NCBI RefSeq assembly: GCF_006345805.1
Contig: NC_043012.1
Coordinates: forward strand, 44,516,001-44,580,000
DNA from: Octopus sinensis
Lineage: Eukaryota
Length of the DNA stretch: 64,000 nucleotides
Reading direction: 5' to 3'
The notes below the pieces were generated by a model. That model saw only the letters and a list, made by a program, of their open reading frames with translations. It was not told where the DNA came from and ran no database searches. The position numbers and the translations under genes were made by a program. Positions 14,400 through 29,199 of the stretch are shown here, piece by piece; within the stretch, counting starts at the first letter, position 1, and each line of letters starts with the position of its first letter.

Positions 14400-16260
14400 A
14401 TTTGCATCATTTCATTGCAGGGAGCTGCTTTATAATAGGGTGAAATTCTATGTTCTGGAGAATATTGCTTTCAATGCGAAAAGGAAGGCAGACCCAACTC
14501 TTACTGTCTCATGTTGTGAAAAGAATTCTTTGTATTTTCTACCTGAACAATTTATGTGCCCTAGTTTAGTTGGTTCCTATTATGTCTATAAATGTTCTGA
14601 ATGTGATTTCAGCTTATCTGAAATGTATTTGCTGGGCATGTTTGGAAGGTCTTGAATTCATTCGTTAAGACAAGTTTTCACACCTTTGACTAAATTCATT
14701 TCAGTCAACTGCTTCTAACTGACTAAACAAAGAAAACAGATAACTGATACTTCCATGGGATTCTACATGTTTCATCAGAAAGAGATGTTTTAATCTTGAA
14801 CTTTCCACTTTTATGAAGAAGTACCTGTTCTGTTGATCCATCATATTGAGTAAGGTGTACACTTCACTTTCTGGCACATCTGTCTCGATCACTAAGTTTA
14901 GAATTTGAACAGCAGCATCTAGCTTTCACTACAAACTCACTGAATTGAAGTTTTCATTTCTAAAAGACAGAATCTTTCACAGACTTGAGGAGATCAACAG
15001 CAACAAATATATCCACATCTTTTGATTGTAAGATTCAAGTTGTTTTGATCCCTCTTTCATTCCAGTCTCAAGCTTCTCCATTTTCTTCTTCAATCCTTTG
15101 GCCTAGTGTCATGTGTTTCATTCCTTATCCAATGAATCTGGAATTTTTACAAAGCCTCCACAAAGGACAGTAACACCAAAATGTGCCGACCATCTTCTGC
15201 TAAAGAGACGAACACAACATGATTCCTTCCCAAATATGATGTCAGAACATTCCAGCAATGTGTGAAAGCAGATAAAAAGGGATATAAGTACTGAACAAAG
15301 TCAAAGATGTTCACTAGATCACATTGTGTTGATTTTACTCCCACCAAGTTCAAATTGCATCCAGCACAGTCAGAATTTGATGGAAGATAAATAGTTAGAA
15401 ATATGGGTAGTAAATTCAATCCATTTTAGTGTCCTGACATATTTGAAGCATTGTCGTAAGACTGACCAAAAAAAGTTTGAAAATGGTAAATTCTTCTAAA
15501 ATTCTTTGTGTAGTGAGAAAAGATGTGGATGAATTTGGCAGAACATTACATCAGCTCACTTTCACAAATGTATCAAACAGTAAATATCAGTTGATCAATA
15601 TTTAAGATGTCTTCGGTGGAATCAACACTTACAGAATAATACTTTGACTTTTAGATTTCTTCCATTATTTCAATAAATACTTTGCAAATGTTTGCTAAGT
15701 TCATACATTTTTAAATGTTCTTGCAAAAACGAGTCAAATCCACTCAATAGTACAAGAATGCCAAGAAAGTTTCTGTTTCTTGAGAAGTCAATAATTTGAT
15801 ACTCTATGAAATACCAAATCTCTAGAAACAAGAAAGTAGGTGACAGAAATCACAAGGATTCCTTTTGTGAACAATGCTGACTGTGATGTCACAGCTGCTA
15901 TTTCTGCAATGATGCAACTGTATCTATATTGTTGATATTTAACAATGCAGATATAGCTGCAACACCTACTGCCTCACTAGCTCCTAACTCCATGCTGGGT
16001 TACTCATCACCACAAAGTTCAGTGGGACAACTGTGTTAACCCTATCTGCTTCTGATGTACACATCCAGAACCTGCAGACACACAGGAGTGGATACAACAG
16101 TGGAGAAAGTACAATACTCTCAGACTGTCACCCTGTATATCATAGAATTCAGCACTGCATGTGTTTAGTACAGTCCACATTGAGGGAGAAGTTGGTCAAT
16201 CTATGTGCCACAGGACTGCTTGACCAAAGTTGACTTGGGAAAATACAATAAGAACAAAAT
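14400..16260 (-). mobile_element. hAT transposase relic (ZMYM1-like)
   Basis: Minus-strand motifs KSKYYSVSVDSTEDI, GQSYDNASNMSGH, CAGCNLNLVG and FDFVQYLYPFLSAFTHCWNVL; multiple stops. Confidence 0.8.
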
Positions 16261-19200
16261 GGACCTTAATTTTTGTTTTTCAGATTAAATCTTGAGGCCC
16301 ATAAGCAACTGTTTTGGATATCCATGTGATAAGACAGCCTTGTCAACTACATGTACGCTGATCAACAAGAACACTTCAAATCTTAATCTCTTCTCTCCTT
16401 AAAACCTAGCTTTTCCAAAACTACACCATCTTTACATCTATTGAATCATCTAATCCCTACCTAATCACTGTTAACCTTCCTTCCAGAATATCACAGCACT
16501 TCTTGTTAGCTAGTCAGAGGTCTGCTAGTTTTATGCTAACTGTATCTGGCAATAAGTATGCTTCACCCTTACTAATCCAAACCTGCTAAATAATCTTTGT
16601 TTGTTAAAACTCCTCCAACAAGCAAGGCCCATGATGCAAATATACTGACTGGTTCATACAGAGTTGCTCTACACCAGTAAAAGCAAAGAACAAGGCCTAA
16701 AATAACTGCAGAAAAAAATCATTAATTTCTATCACTGGGTGAGTTTTATTCACTATGGCAACTCTTATAAGACAATAATTAAAAACAAACTAAAGGACTC
16801 GCTCATGCATTGCATAGCTTGCATGTTGTTCTACTTCCAAATTATTGCTAGTTATTTTGGTTAGTTGCCAAAATAATATTTTTGTGATCCTTCAACCAAT
16901 CCCTACCCAACCATAATGGCTCCAGAAACAGTCTTCATGTGGAGAAAGCTTCTATATTTGCTACCCCCTTTGCATCAAACTTTACACAGCACAAACTCAA
17001 TAAAACTCCACCAGCCTCACCCTAATATATCTACACTTAATGAAATGCAGAAACACCTTTCATCACCCTCAATCTCAACAGTAAATAGGGGTACATATAA
17101 AATACTCGAGATACTAGGACAGGTTCACACACACATACACACACTATCTATATAAGTCTACAATTCAGGGCTATTGATAAAGAACGGAAAGATGTGAGAC
17201 ATTTTGAAAAAAATCAGATGACTGAACCTAATTTGAAAAAGAGGATCTTCTATTGTAGATTTTTATGTACATTACTGGCTTCCCAGTTGTGTTCAGCTAT
17301 ATGTGAAGACTACAGTTAAATATCTAATACTCTATTCTCTTAATCTGAATAGGAATGATATTCAGTCACAGATTCTGCTCATGAGAAGATAAGAACTTAG
17401 AATTACATACTAATAAAACACTTGTCAATTACACAGTTCTCCTGCCATCAACAGTAGCAAATTAATCCACTCATTATTACACTTATTCAGAGCTAAATGA
17501 ACTAAACCTTTGAGAGTGGGACACATCATATCATTGATAGCAATGTAGATATAGTTTGGTTGTCAGGTTATATTAATCACTTCAACTTTTTAATCAGAAT
17601 TGAATTTCTTTGACAGACTGACCTCCAATCTAGTCTACCAGTTTTATCTTGAAATTTTGAATTGAAATATGCAGCCCCTAGTGTAAGGAGTTAGATAATG
17701 GAGAGATTTAGTAGTCAATGTACTGATAACTGCTAATGTTCTCCTAATTAAAGTACTCTAAATAGCAAAAGGAAATAAAGGTTTGTTTGTCTGCTGGTTC
17801 AGTGCCATTTGGTGAAACTATGACGTCAATTTGCAGTATTAAAAATAGAGTAGTTTGGACGTCTGCATTATTGATTGGCAGTTATTGATAAGAAAGAGAG
17901 ACAGGCCTGAAAAAGAAGTGTATTTTGTTGCATGTTCATAATGCTTTCAGTTTCCAAGTGGGTTTTTTTTTTCTTTTTCCTCTCTCTTACCAACATAAAT
18001 TCATATGTAGTTTGTAGCTGAACATGTCATGTACGAAGAGAACTGAAAAAATATTTGCTGAACATTGCCAGCTTGTAAAGTTGAGCATTTCTAATTAAAA
18101 AAATTACAAAAATATGAAATAAACTTAATCATTTTGTGTCTATGTAAGATGGTGAGTGGGCAGTAATGTTAGCGTCAGAAAAGTTCTTTGCAACTCTTTG
18201 CATACTGAGTTCAAATCCTGCCAAGTTCAACACTATCTTTCATCCTTTTGGGGTTGATAAAATAAGTACCAGCACTGGGGTTTATGTAATAGATTGCCCC
18301 TCCCCTTAAAATTGCTGACTTTGTGCCAAAATTAGAAAAGATTATTAATGCTAAGAGAAACACTACTCTCCAAGCAGTTTTTCCTCATTTTTATCTTTGT
18401 GAATATTAGACTACATTATCCAATGAGTCCTTTCCTAATTTAAAATAGGATCTAATTTGAAGGTTATTTGGCTGCTATTTCTAGCAGGAAAAACGACCAA
18501 GCAAATACCTCTCCTAGTTGACTTGAAGTAAATTTTGTTGTTGCTTAACTGTAGATCATCCCTGATCAAACACACTTATGATGAAAGGTGCTCCAGCCAT
18601 GACCATCCATCCTCTCTATTTTGTCCAGTATATCCTTTATTCAAGAGTGTAATTTGATGGCCACTATTTCCGGCATGTTAAGAGACAATATAGAAGTTCA
18701 GCTGTTGAATCCCAAGGCTAGCCAACATATACTGATGTTACCTTCTATGAAGGTGAATACTGTTTGTAATGATTCAGAAAAGACAACACCCTTCCTCCAA
18801 AAGAATGGTTGGTGTACAAGCCACTGTGGAGTATGAATTATTTGGAAAAGGGTATGATAGATGGCGAGAGAAAGGGCTGGCAATGTTTCAGTTTCATTAT
18901 AATAAGGAGGGATTTAAATAGTTCTACAATTTAAAAGTGTGTGTATATTATTGGTACAAACAGCTCCAGTGGTTAGGGTATTTGGCTAACACTAGTGAGG
19001 CCATGAATTCGATACTTGGCAGTGCACTGTGTCCTTGAGCTGGCAAAAAGGAGTTGGCACTATATTTGAAAAGGGCCAGCCTTGTCACATTCTGTGTCAC
19101 ATTGAATCTCCCTGAGAACTACATTAAGGGTACGTGTATCTGTGGAGTGCCCAGTCACTTGCATGTGAATTTCACAAGAAGGCCATTCCACTGATTGGAT

Positions 19201-19898
19201 CAACTGGAACCCTCGCTGTCATAACCAACAGAATTCCAGTTGAGTTAAAAGTTGGACCCATGCTAGTTGAGCATACATGAGTATTGTAACAAGGTTTGAA
19301 CCCAGTAATCCAACACAATTAACAAACAATAACTCAACTCCACCAATTAACTACAAGTTTCAATGGTAACAAATAATTTATGCTAATTTTCATATTGTAT
19401 AAGATACCATCATTTTTATACAATTATTCTTTAACTACATTGAAACTACAGAAAACTGCCACTAGCTGCGAAAAAGATTTTTAATTCAGAAATGATATAA
19501 TGTCTAATAGATTATTGAGTTGAACTAATGAAAGTGAAAGATGAATACTGATTGAAAAAGTAGTGTGAGCTGGTGTTGAATGTATGAAGTCACAGAAAGT
19601 GTTTAACCCTTTAAAATTTAAACTGACTGTTACAACTTGAACCTACAACTACGTGTTATGTATCGTTCAGTCTATCGTGTGTATGAGTGTATGTGTGTTT
19701 ATTCTTTCTTTTATTCTTTTACTTGTTTCAGTCATTTGACTGCGGCCATGCTGGAGCACCGCCTTTAGTCGAGCAAATCGACCCCATGACTTGTTTTTTG
19801 TAAGCCTAGTACTTATTCTATCGGTCTCTTTTGCCGAACCGCTAAGTTACGGGGACATAAACACACCAGCATCGGGGGACAAACACAGAAACAAGGAT

Positions 19899-19943
<45 letters not shown>

Positions 19944-20254
19944 CATGATGGTCTTCTTCCAGTTTCTGTCTACCAAATCCACCCACAAGGCTTCGGTCGG
20001 CCCGAGGCTATAGAAGACACTTGCCCAAGGTGCCATGCAGTGGGACTGAACCCATGACCATATGGTTGGTAAGCAAGCTACTTACCACAGCCACACCTAT
20101 TCTGATTGGTTCTTTTCCTATCTATAAAACTTGCTGTAAATTGTTTTGCAACAATAAATGTTTTTTTAACTAAGTTAGTCTTATCTACAGCATGTGTTCT
20201 GTGTTGTTTTCATTAGGCTATAGCCTGAATTACATATTACTGGTACTTATTACC

Positions 20255-23200
20255 TGGCGACGAGGCTAGACATGTGTGCTATGCTGCAGTTACCAACACA
20301 ACTGTGGAGTATTACTTCAGACAAACCATCCCCCGCCAAATAGAATTGCTGGAAACGTTCATTTGGGGATTATTTAGAACTACTTCCGATACTACAACCA
20401 ACCATTAATTTATCAGAATGTCACAAAATAAAGTTATGCCAATTACTTGGGCAGGAAGGACAAAGACACTTTGACGCCTTGAGAATTATGGAATCTGCCA
20501 CATTAACTAAAGTTATTTGGTTTACTGAATGAACTTTGGGGATCTGCTAAAAATGTGTACACAGCATGTTACTGTTTTACAAAATTAGTTCAAAAACCTG
20601 AAGAAGATTGCAATGATTCCATTGCCAGAATACAACAAGCTTTACCTGAGAGTAAATACAATCTAATTCCTCCAAAAATATTTGAAAACGAAATGGCTTT
20701 CTGGTATTCATGATGAGACTGTCCATTCTAAATTGCTTTCAGAAGAAGAATTAAAGCTTACTTGCGAAAGAGCCTGTGCTATAGTTTGTCAAAGCGAAAA
20801 ACATTTCACAACAGTTTATTAAATTTTCTATACAAAAAGAGACAGATGCTGTGCAATCTATTACATCTACAAAAACTTGGCCATCTAGTCTTACAGAAAA
20901 ACAGCCGTGGATTTAAACATTATTCTCCATCTGAGTGCTGGCATCAGCAAACCGTTTGTCATTTATGTGGTAAAACGGGACATCTTGTCAGAGTTTGTTG
21001 TACAAAGAACAATGAGCACAGAGCTTCATCTTCACAAAAACATTCAGTGCAAACAATAAAGACAAATCTGGAAAACCAAGACCAAGATTTTGCTTTAAAT
21101 TCAGTTTTAAACACTACAGTACGACCACCTTCGTACGTTGTCGATGTGATAATTGAAGGTCAGTCAGTACGCATGGAAACTGACTCAGGTGCTTCAGTCT
21201 CTATTGTTACCACTCCTTCTGTCAGCTGTTTTCCATTTTCTACAAACTATTCAACTTTAAAAACATATACCAGGCAATAAATCCCAATAATTGGAGTTTG
21301 CAATGTAAACGTGTAACATGGTGATATCAAATGTGTTGGGCCGTGATTGGTTATGACAATTACCTGGTACATTCACCATGATTAAAACTGTGATACACCA
21401 TCATTGGAACAACTGGAAAAAGAATATTGTAGTTTGACACCAAGCATGAAAAATTGAATGGATTTAAAGCTAACATAAAATTACTTTCCAACATGTCACC
21501 GCAGTTTTGTAAAGCTCAAACACTTCCATACACTTTGCAGCCAAAAGTGGAAGCTGAATAACAACGTTTACAATCGGAAGGTGTTATTGTTCCAGTTCAA
21601 TACTCTGATTGGACAGCTCCCATTGTACCAGTGATGAAACCGGGTGGCTCAGTGTGCATTTGCAGAGATTATAAACTTACAGTCAACCAGTCAGCTGTTT
21701 TAGACAAGTACCCGTTACCTAAAATAGAAGATTTGTATGCAACTCTGGCGGGAAGTCAAAAGTTCACAAAAATTGATCTCAGTCATGCATATTCCCAGAT
21801 TAAACTTGATGACAATTCTTGTGCTTGCACTACGATTGCTACCCATATTGGGTTGTTTTAATTTACTAGATTACCATTTGGAATTAATTCAGCCCCAGGA
21901 ATGTTTCAGCGCATTATTAAAGAAGTACCATGAGCTGGTGCATACCTAGATGATTTACTAATCACCGGACGTTCCGATGATGAACCTCTTCATACATTAT
22001 TCATCGTACTCAATCGTCTTCCCAAAAGTGGATTAAAGCTGAAGAACAAGTGTGAGTTTTATGTGATTGTTTATCTTGGTTACCAACTTAATAAAGATGC
22101 TTTACAAATTAGGAGTGATAAAGTGCAACCTATTTTAAATGCACCAGAACCTAAAAACAATAGGGAGTTAAGATCATTTGTAGGAATGTTATCACATATT
22201 TGAACAGTACTGACACCCTTATATTCCTTATTGCATAAAGATTCCCTTTGGGGTTGGAATATACTTGTGCATTATGATCCGCATAAACGTTTAATGTTAC
22301 AATGTGATGCATCTCCATCAGGGCTAGGCGCAGCGTTCTGTCATCGAATGAATGAGAGTACTGTTCGTCCTGTAGCAAAAGCTGAAAAGAACTATTCTCA
22401 GTCGGACAAAGAAGCACTTGTAGTTTTATTTGGTGTCAAGTGATGCCATCAATATGTTTGGGGGCCGTCATTTTGAAATCTGTAATGATCATAAACCTTT
22501 GATTGCACTACTTGGAGAAGAGTGGGGTATTCAGCAAATGTGTTCCCCTGGAATGCAGGGATGGGCTTTGATGTTAAGTGATTATAGTTATCGTATGCTT
22601 TACGTTCCTGGGTCTAAGAATGTTAATGCTGATGCATTGAGTCGTTTTCCCTTGACTTCTTTGTTACACGAAATTGAACAACCAGCGGAACTGGTACACA
22701 TGATGCAACATTTTAGTGACACACCTATCTGAGGACAGAATGTACTTTGACTAACAAAGATCAAATACTGTCCTGTGTCAAGCATTATCTTTGAAGAGGA
22801 TGGCCGTCCCAAACAAGTTTAAGATTAAAACAGTTTTTACAACGCAAAGATGAACTGAGTTTGCATGAGGGTTGCATACTTTGGGGTCCTCATACCTTTT
22901 AAATTAAGGTAACAATTGCTTAATGAGTTGCATGATGCTCATCCAGGTATAAATTGAATGAAGGCATTATCTTGACGCTACTATCAGTGTCCAATCTGGA
23001 TGCTGATATTGAGCAGATGTGCAGAAGATATGACGTTTGTCAACAACATCAGTGACAAAACAGGACCTGTACATCCCAGGAATTGGCCAGCAAAACCGTG
23101 GCAAAGGTTATACGTTGATTATTTTGGCCCTCTTAATGTATGATGTACTTATTGGTTATTGATGCACATTCGAAATGGAGAGATGTACATCCAGTGGTAC

Positions 23201-23475
23201 ATGTTACAGCAGAAGCTACGGTAACCCGACTATGCTCATCATTTTCTACATTTGGGATTCCAGAAGCAATCTGTTCAGATAATGGTACTCCTTTCCAAAC
23301 ATTTTTGAAAAAGAATGGGGTACATCACATAAGAACTGCACCGTATCTTCCGTCTTCAAAAGGCCTAGCAGAACGAGCTGTTCAGACAGTAAAGAATGGA
23401 TCAAAACAGCAAAGTACTGGAAACCTCCAGACTAAACTGGATCATTTACTTTTTGCCTATCGCACAACCCCAACT
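20255..23475 (+). mobile_element. Degenerate Ty3/Gypsy element (Mag/K02A2.6-like), 3' truncated
   Basis: PBS TGGCGACGAGG (tRNA-Ser GCT type); CCHC knuckle CHLCGKTGHLVRVC; PR METDSGAS; RT PLPKIEDLY...KIDLSHAYSQI and YLDD; RNase H LQCDASPSGLGA; IN LVIDAHSKW, SDNG, GLAERAVQTVK. Many stops and frameshifts; no 3' LTR seen. Confidence 0.9.
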
Positions 23476-24202
23476 GGTTTGACAGGAGCTTGCAAGCCAA
23501 AGGATTGCACTAGACTCCACTGTCTGATTTCGCATGGTTTTTATGGTTGGATAACTTGCTAACACTAACCACTTTACAGAGTGTACTGGATGCTTTTCAT
23601 GTGGCACCAGCACCAGCAAGGTCTACTCTGGCATGGTTTTACAGCTGGATGCTCTTCCAAATGCCAACCACTTTGCCGTGTAGCCTGGGTGCTTTTCACA
23701 TAGAAAACATATTTCTAAATGTTGGTTTAAAGAGTTATATTAGAGTGGGGAAACGAGAGTATGTGGTGTTCATATTTTGACCAAAAAAATTCAAGATGGA
23801 GTGAATGAAAACAATCACAGACTCTATTTGGTGAGAATTTACATCCCATCAAGATATTAAAATCAGATCAATAACAGAACAGTATTCCAAAGAATATTGA
23901 TTGATAACTAAGATAAAAATTGAAAACATAGATTTTAAAAGATTTCTTTTATTCTCTGTCAAATGAAAATCTTCAGCTAGTATATTGAATTTTGTCACGT
24001 AATAAACAGCAAATAAATAAACAAAAAAAAAATAAACAAAGCAAATTATAATGAAATTGTTCAGTTTTTGGAATGCAGCATTTTCAGAAGGGAAGAATAT
24101 AAAACAAGTCACTGTCAGTTCATAAAAATGAAATTAAAAGAACAAAAGTAAACAAAAAGGAATAAATGAAACAAATAAACAAAAAACAATGCTGACTTTG
24201 AA

Positions 24203-24297
24203 TTATGATTTATACATCACTTGACATCCAGCTTTTCCTGGGATAAATAATTCCAAATGGCCTGATGCCTTCTGTAGTTCCATTATGCTGACAATAT
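24203..24297 (-). CDS. TERB2: TERB2 last coding exon (DIVSIMELQKASGHLELFIPGKAGCQVMYKS*), MAJIN-binding C-terminal motif
   Basis: Acceptor ttccatag, stop TAA at 24203-24205. Aligns with the recalled human GYISIDAMKKFLGELHDFIPGTSGY. Confidence 0.9.
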
Positions 24298-24848
24298 CTA
24301 TGGAAATAAATAACATTAGATCAACACAACATGACTACGAGGGTGTATATGCATATACACATTCACATTTATAAACATAACTTTGTTCAATCCAAGCCAG
24401 TAAGGAAGGTGGATGTTAAATGATGATGATGAACATACATACAAAATTTATATCTGTTATTTCTTTCAGTCACTGGGCTACATCCATGCTGGAACTCTGC
24501 CTTAAAGGTTTTTAAGTGAACAAATCTATCACAAGAATTATTTATTTTTTCAAGTCTGGTACTTATTTTGTCAGTTTCTTTTATTACCAAACTGCTAAGT
24601 TATGGGGACATAAATAAACCAACACTTGTCAGGTGGTGGTGGTCGTGGTGGGCAAATACACAAACATATATATGATGAGCTTCTTTCAGTTTCTGTCAAT
24701 CAAATCCATTAACAAAGCTTTGTTTGACCCAGGGCTATAGCTGAAGACACTTGCCCAAGGCGTCATGCAGCAGGATTGAACTCAAAATCATGTGGTTGAC
24801 AAGCAAACATCTTACCACTCAGCCACACCTATATACTTTATATATATA

Positions 24849-26134
24849 CGAGGGGCGTTGTTTGATCTAGCTGAAATTTTGCGTGTGCTATTATTTATAT
24901 CTCTATAGAGTAGGTGGAAAATTACAGCTCTGAACTAATTGGGGTTTCTGATTTACAGGTGTTTGAACTGAGTCAAGTGTGAAATGGAGCCTGTTGAGTG
25001 TCGAGCAGTGATCCGGTTTTTGTATTTGAAAGGACGCACACCACAGGAGACTTTTCATGAAATGAAAGTAACTTATAATGATGATGCCCCATCATATGAC
25101 CTTGTAAAACGCTGGCATCGTGAATTCAAACATGGTCGGAACTCGATGGAAACAGCTCCCAGATCTGGTCGCCCCCCCTTCTGCAATTGTTGAGGCATCT
25201 GTCCGTCAAGTTGAGGCTGCCATTTTGGAAGATCGACGCATAACTATTCGCCAAATAGCCCACGAGGTAAGATTAGTATCAGGTCTGTGGAAACTATCAT
25301 TCATGACCATTTGCATATGCAAAAGGTGTCTGCCAGATGGATTCCCAGGTTGCTCACACCTTTCCAGAAGCAAGAACGCGTGGAGTGCTCGAGGATGAAT
25401 TTGGAGATGTGCCAAGAAGATGAGTCAAAATTTTTCAAAAGACACAGGATGAAACCTGGGTCCATCACTATGATCCAGAGACCAAAGCCCAGTCAATGCA
25501 GTGGAAAAACCGTGACTCACCTCCTCCAAAGAAGGCAAGGGTGCAGCCCTCCGCTGGCAAGGTCATGCTCACAGTCTTCTGGGACCAGGACGGAGTATTG
25601 ATAACAGATTTCCTGGAAAAGGGTACCACAATTACAGGAGCCTATTATGCTTCACTTTTGAGGAAATTAAGAGAAACTATCAAAATCAAGAGGCAGGGCA
25701 AGATCAGCAAAGACATCATCCTCCTGCAGGGCAAGATCTGCAAAGACATCGTCCTCCTGCAGGACAACGCTCCGGTCCACAACTCGCTTGTCGCTAGATC
25801 AGAAGCACAGGCGTGCGGCTATGAACTCCTCCCCCATCCCCCTACTCTCCTGACCTTGCACCCTCTGATTTTCACCTCTTTCCAGCCATGAAGTTGTTTT
25901 TGAAAGGAAAGCGTTTCTCAGATGATGCAGCCTTGATTTCTGAAGTCACGTCGTGGTTGGAGGACCAAGCTGGGTCTTCTAAAAAAAACGGTCTCCAGAG
26001 CTGCATCAAACGATGGGAGAAATGCGTAACTCTGGGTGGTTCCTATGTAGAGAAAGACTAATAACTGTGCAAAGTTTCGTTGCTCTACTGCTATGGGAAG
26101 TGGGTCAGGGGCATTACTTATTGAACGCCCCTCG
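24849..26134 (+). mobile_element. mariner DNA transposon (Hsmar2/irritans-like), frameshifted, in TERB2 intron 5
   Basis: TA-flanked CGAGGGGCGTT termini; WIPRLLT, DETWVHHYDPETK, QDNA and YSPDLAPSDFHLF motifs; short internal duplication at GKISKDIILLQ. Confidence 0.93.
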
Positions 26135-26165
26135 TATATATATATATATAGTATAGTATAGTAGT

Positions 26166-26485
26166 GAAGGCACATGGCTCGGTGGTTAGAAGTAGTGAGT
26201 TTGATTCCTGGACCAGCAGTGTGTTGTGGTCTTGAGCAAGATACTTTATTTCATGTCGCTCCAGTTCACTTAGTTGTAGAAATAAGTTACAACATCAGTG
26301 GTACCAAGCTGTATTGGCCTTTGTCTTTTCCTTGGATAACATCAGTGATATGGAGAGAAGAGGCTGGTATACATGGACGACTGCTGGTCTTCCATAAACA
26401 ACTCTGCCAGGACTTGTGCCTCAGAGGGTAATTTTCTAGGAGCAATCCCGTGGTCATTCATGGCTGAAAGAGGTTTTACCTTTTA
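26166..26485 (+). mobile_element. tRNA-derived SINE family D; further copies at about 12130-12425 and 18965-19240
   Basis: tRNA-like head catggctcggtggttaga...gagtttgattcc followed by cttgagcaagatactttatttca. Confidence 0.6.
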
Positions 26486-26489
26486 TAGT

Positions 26490-26790
26490 AATGAATTTAG
26501 TGTGCAGAGGACAGTACATGGCTGGGGAAAGCTAAGGAGAAATGAAAGTATCATCTGCATAAAAGTAGGTATTGTTGGCTGTAATGGCAGGTAAGTCATT
26601 TATGAATAGAAAGAAGAGAATCAGGACAAAACCAAATCGTGGTGGATGCCAGAGTTGATAGAATGAGGAAGAAAAAAGTTCCATTATTGTCACACATACC
26701 AATAGTATAATCTGACAGGAAGCTACCAACCCAAGAGATGAGACATAAGTGCAGTTCCAGAAAGGAGATTTACATGCATCCAAGACACAA
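26490..26790 (-). mobile_element. LINE RT fragment
   Basis: LFFLFINDLP...YFYADDT reverse-transcriptase motif. Confidence 0.6.
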
Positions 26791-27669
26791 ACAAAAGTTT
26801 TGCAATGACAACATTGCTTTCATTAAATTTCTTCAAAGTAAGAAACAGATCATAGTAGAGAAAAATTTTTAAATTTAAAAAAACCCCAGAAAACTATAGA
26901 GGGAAACTGAGAGTCTGAAGTGTTGTTACAATATCGGAATTCTCAAAACACTACACAATTCTTCATGCCTGATTGATTTGCAGTCAGTTGTCATGACTAC
27001 GACCGTTCCTGTCTTTGGCATGACTTGATAAGCTTTCTCCATACTGATCATTTATTATGATCAATTCCTTTCCACTTCAGATTCCGTTTTTTTGCAATAT
27101 CTTTGAATCTCAGTCTAGCTCTTCCATGGTTTCTTTTTCCCTTGGATAGTTGGAAGTAGAGGATTTGTCTGGGGAATCTGCTATTGTCTATCCTCTGTAT
27201 GTGACCCAACCAACATAAATTTTTATCAATTTCTGTTGTAACTATGTTCTACTATTCACAACTGCAGTTCATATCATAACTGCGTGGTACTATCACGCTT
27301 CACTAAATTGTCAACAATTTCACCGTCTTACATTACACTGAAAAATAATACAATATCTTACGTTGTAAGGTCTTGGGATATCTTTTAATTCTACTTAATA
27401 TAAAACAACATTTAATTTTTAGTCAATTTAAATTTTGGAGTTTCTTCCCTCACTGTTTTTTGTTTTCAAAAGAATTCTTATTAACACTGATGACTTTTCT
27501 TATCATAACAAGAATAATTACAACTGTTTAAAAATATTTCTGGTTTATTACGTTACTATATTACTCCTCAAAAATTTTATAAAATAAAACCAGGTTTCAA
27601 AATAACATAAATCACAGCCATAAAATCATGACACATACTAGAATATTTGAAAGAAACAACCATCCTTAC

Positions 27670-27769
27670 CATTTGTTTTCTCACTGGACTTAGATTGAAA
27701 TGATGCTTGTGAATGTGAACATGCCATAGGCTGCTGTTGTCTAGATTTTATACATGTTTCTTCATCATT
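27670..27769 (-). CDS. TERB2: TERB2 coding exon 5, linker (NDEETCIKSRQQQPMACSHSQASFQSKSSEKTN), 100 nt, phase 0 to 1
   Basis: Polypyrimidine tract plus tcacag acceptor, donor G|gtaagg, open frame, phases consistent with neighbours. Confidence 0.8.
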
Positions 27770-28634
27770 CTGTGATAGAACATAAGGAAAAACAGTAAAT
27801 GAAAGTCCAAAGGCTGAATAAGCAAATCTACATACAATAATAGTGTCAAGTTTTAGTACAAAGCCAGCAATTTTAGGGGAGGGAGTAAGTCTATTACATT
27901 GACCCCAGTACTAAATTGGTACTTATTTTATCGACCCTGAAAGGTTGAAAGGCAAAGTTAACCTCTGCAGAATTTGAACCCAGAACATAGAGACAGAAGA
28001 AATTCTGCTAAGCATTTTGTCCAGCAAGGTAACAATTCTGCCAGCTCACTGCCTTTGTAAGTGTACAATATTAGAAACTCATAGAAATATCAATTCAAAC
28101 TTTTAGTACCTAAGCCAAAGCAGACACTGGGCTATGATGCAGGTGTTGGGCCCCTTGGATCCCATCAACCCATCCAACCAATGCCAGCATGGAACATGGG
28201 CACTAAATCATTATCATTGTTGCTGCCACCACCATCATCTGTACTACAATATTTTATAAAAAAAGAAAGCATAGTTTTTATAGCTAGAAGCATTGTTAGC
28301 GAGAGTAATATTTTAGAGTAATTAGCTCACTGTTGTAGTCTGTGTGTATCACTGCATGGTTAAGAAGTTTGCTTTGCAACCTCATGGACTCGGATAGAAT
28401 CCCTTGGCAAATGATGACTTACAATACAGCCTTGGGTTGACCAATGACTTGTGAGTGGAGTTTTGTTTGGAAATTGAAAGGAAGACTGGGTGGAGGTGTA
28501 TCCTTTGTCGATGCACATTGGATGCCTCAGTGATGTTGAACATATCAATGAGAAAACTGAATAAAATAAAAGTGTTTTCTGAATCAAATCCTTTGTTAAC
28601 ATTTGTCCTACACCAACTTACAAAGTACAATTCT

Positions 28635-29070
28635 ATATTTCTGAGATGAAATCAAAATCAAAATTGTAATCGATCAACATCAATGGAATTTGTAGCTGTG
28701 ATACCAGTGCTGGTGGCACGTAAGAGAACCATCCGAACGTGGCCGTAGCCAGCGCCACCCTGACTGGCCTCCGTGCCGGTGGCACGTAAAAAGCACCATC
28801 CGATCGTGGCCGTTGCCAGCCTCGTCTGGTCTCTGTGCCGGTGGTACGTAAAAAGCACCATCTGATCGTGGCCGTTTGCCAGCCTCGTCTGGCACGTAAA
28901 AAGCACCCACTACACTCACGGAGTGATTGGCGTTAGGAAGGGCATCCAGCTGTAGAAACACTGCCAGATCAGACTGGAGCCTGGTGCAACCTTCTAGCTT
29001 CCGAGACCCCAGCTGAACCGTCCAACCCATGCTATCATGGAAAACAGATAGTTAAACGATGATGATGATG
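28635..29070 (+). mobile_element. SINE family C with RTE-like (GAT)n tail and internal tandem sub-repeats; further copies at about 1620-2050, 2457-2720, 10980-11506, 23480-23700, 42858-43088
   Basis: Core aagcacccactacactcacggagtg.ttggcgttaggaagggcatccagctgtagaaac; 3' end gttaaacgatgatgatg. Confidence 0.85.
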
Positions 29071-29199
29071 AATTTTATACTATGTACATTGTTTGCATTG
29101 GTTGGATGGGGGTCCTCATCTTGATAGTTGCCTTCATGTTTCAGCTGTTGTACAGTTCAACCTTCTTGAACTTGGCTTGATGGGTTCTCTCAAGTACAG

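Noticed and set aside
17821-17880. TGACGTCA (CRE site) plus ATTGG as a promoter
   Set aside because: Short motifs expected by chance in 64 kb; no associated exon identified.
19654-20254. 5' LTR of the degenerate Gypsy element
   Set aside because: Plausible TG start, but interrupted by a SINE, no CA end and no second LTR to confirm; boundaries unsupported.
28690-28900. CRISPR-like regularly spaced ggcacgtaaaaagcacc repeats
   Set aside because: The spacers are themselves homologous, the array is internal to a SINE, the context is eukaryotic, and there are no cas genes.
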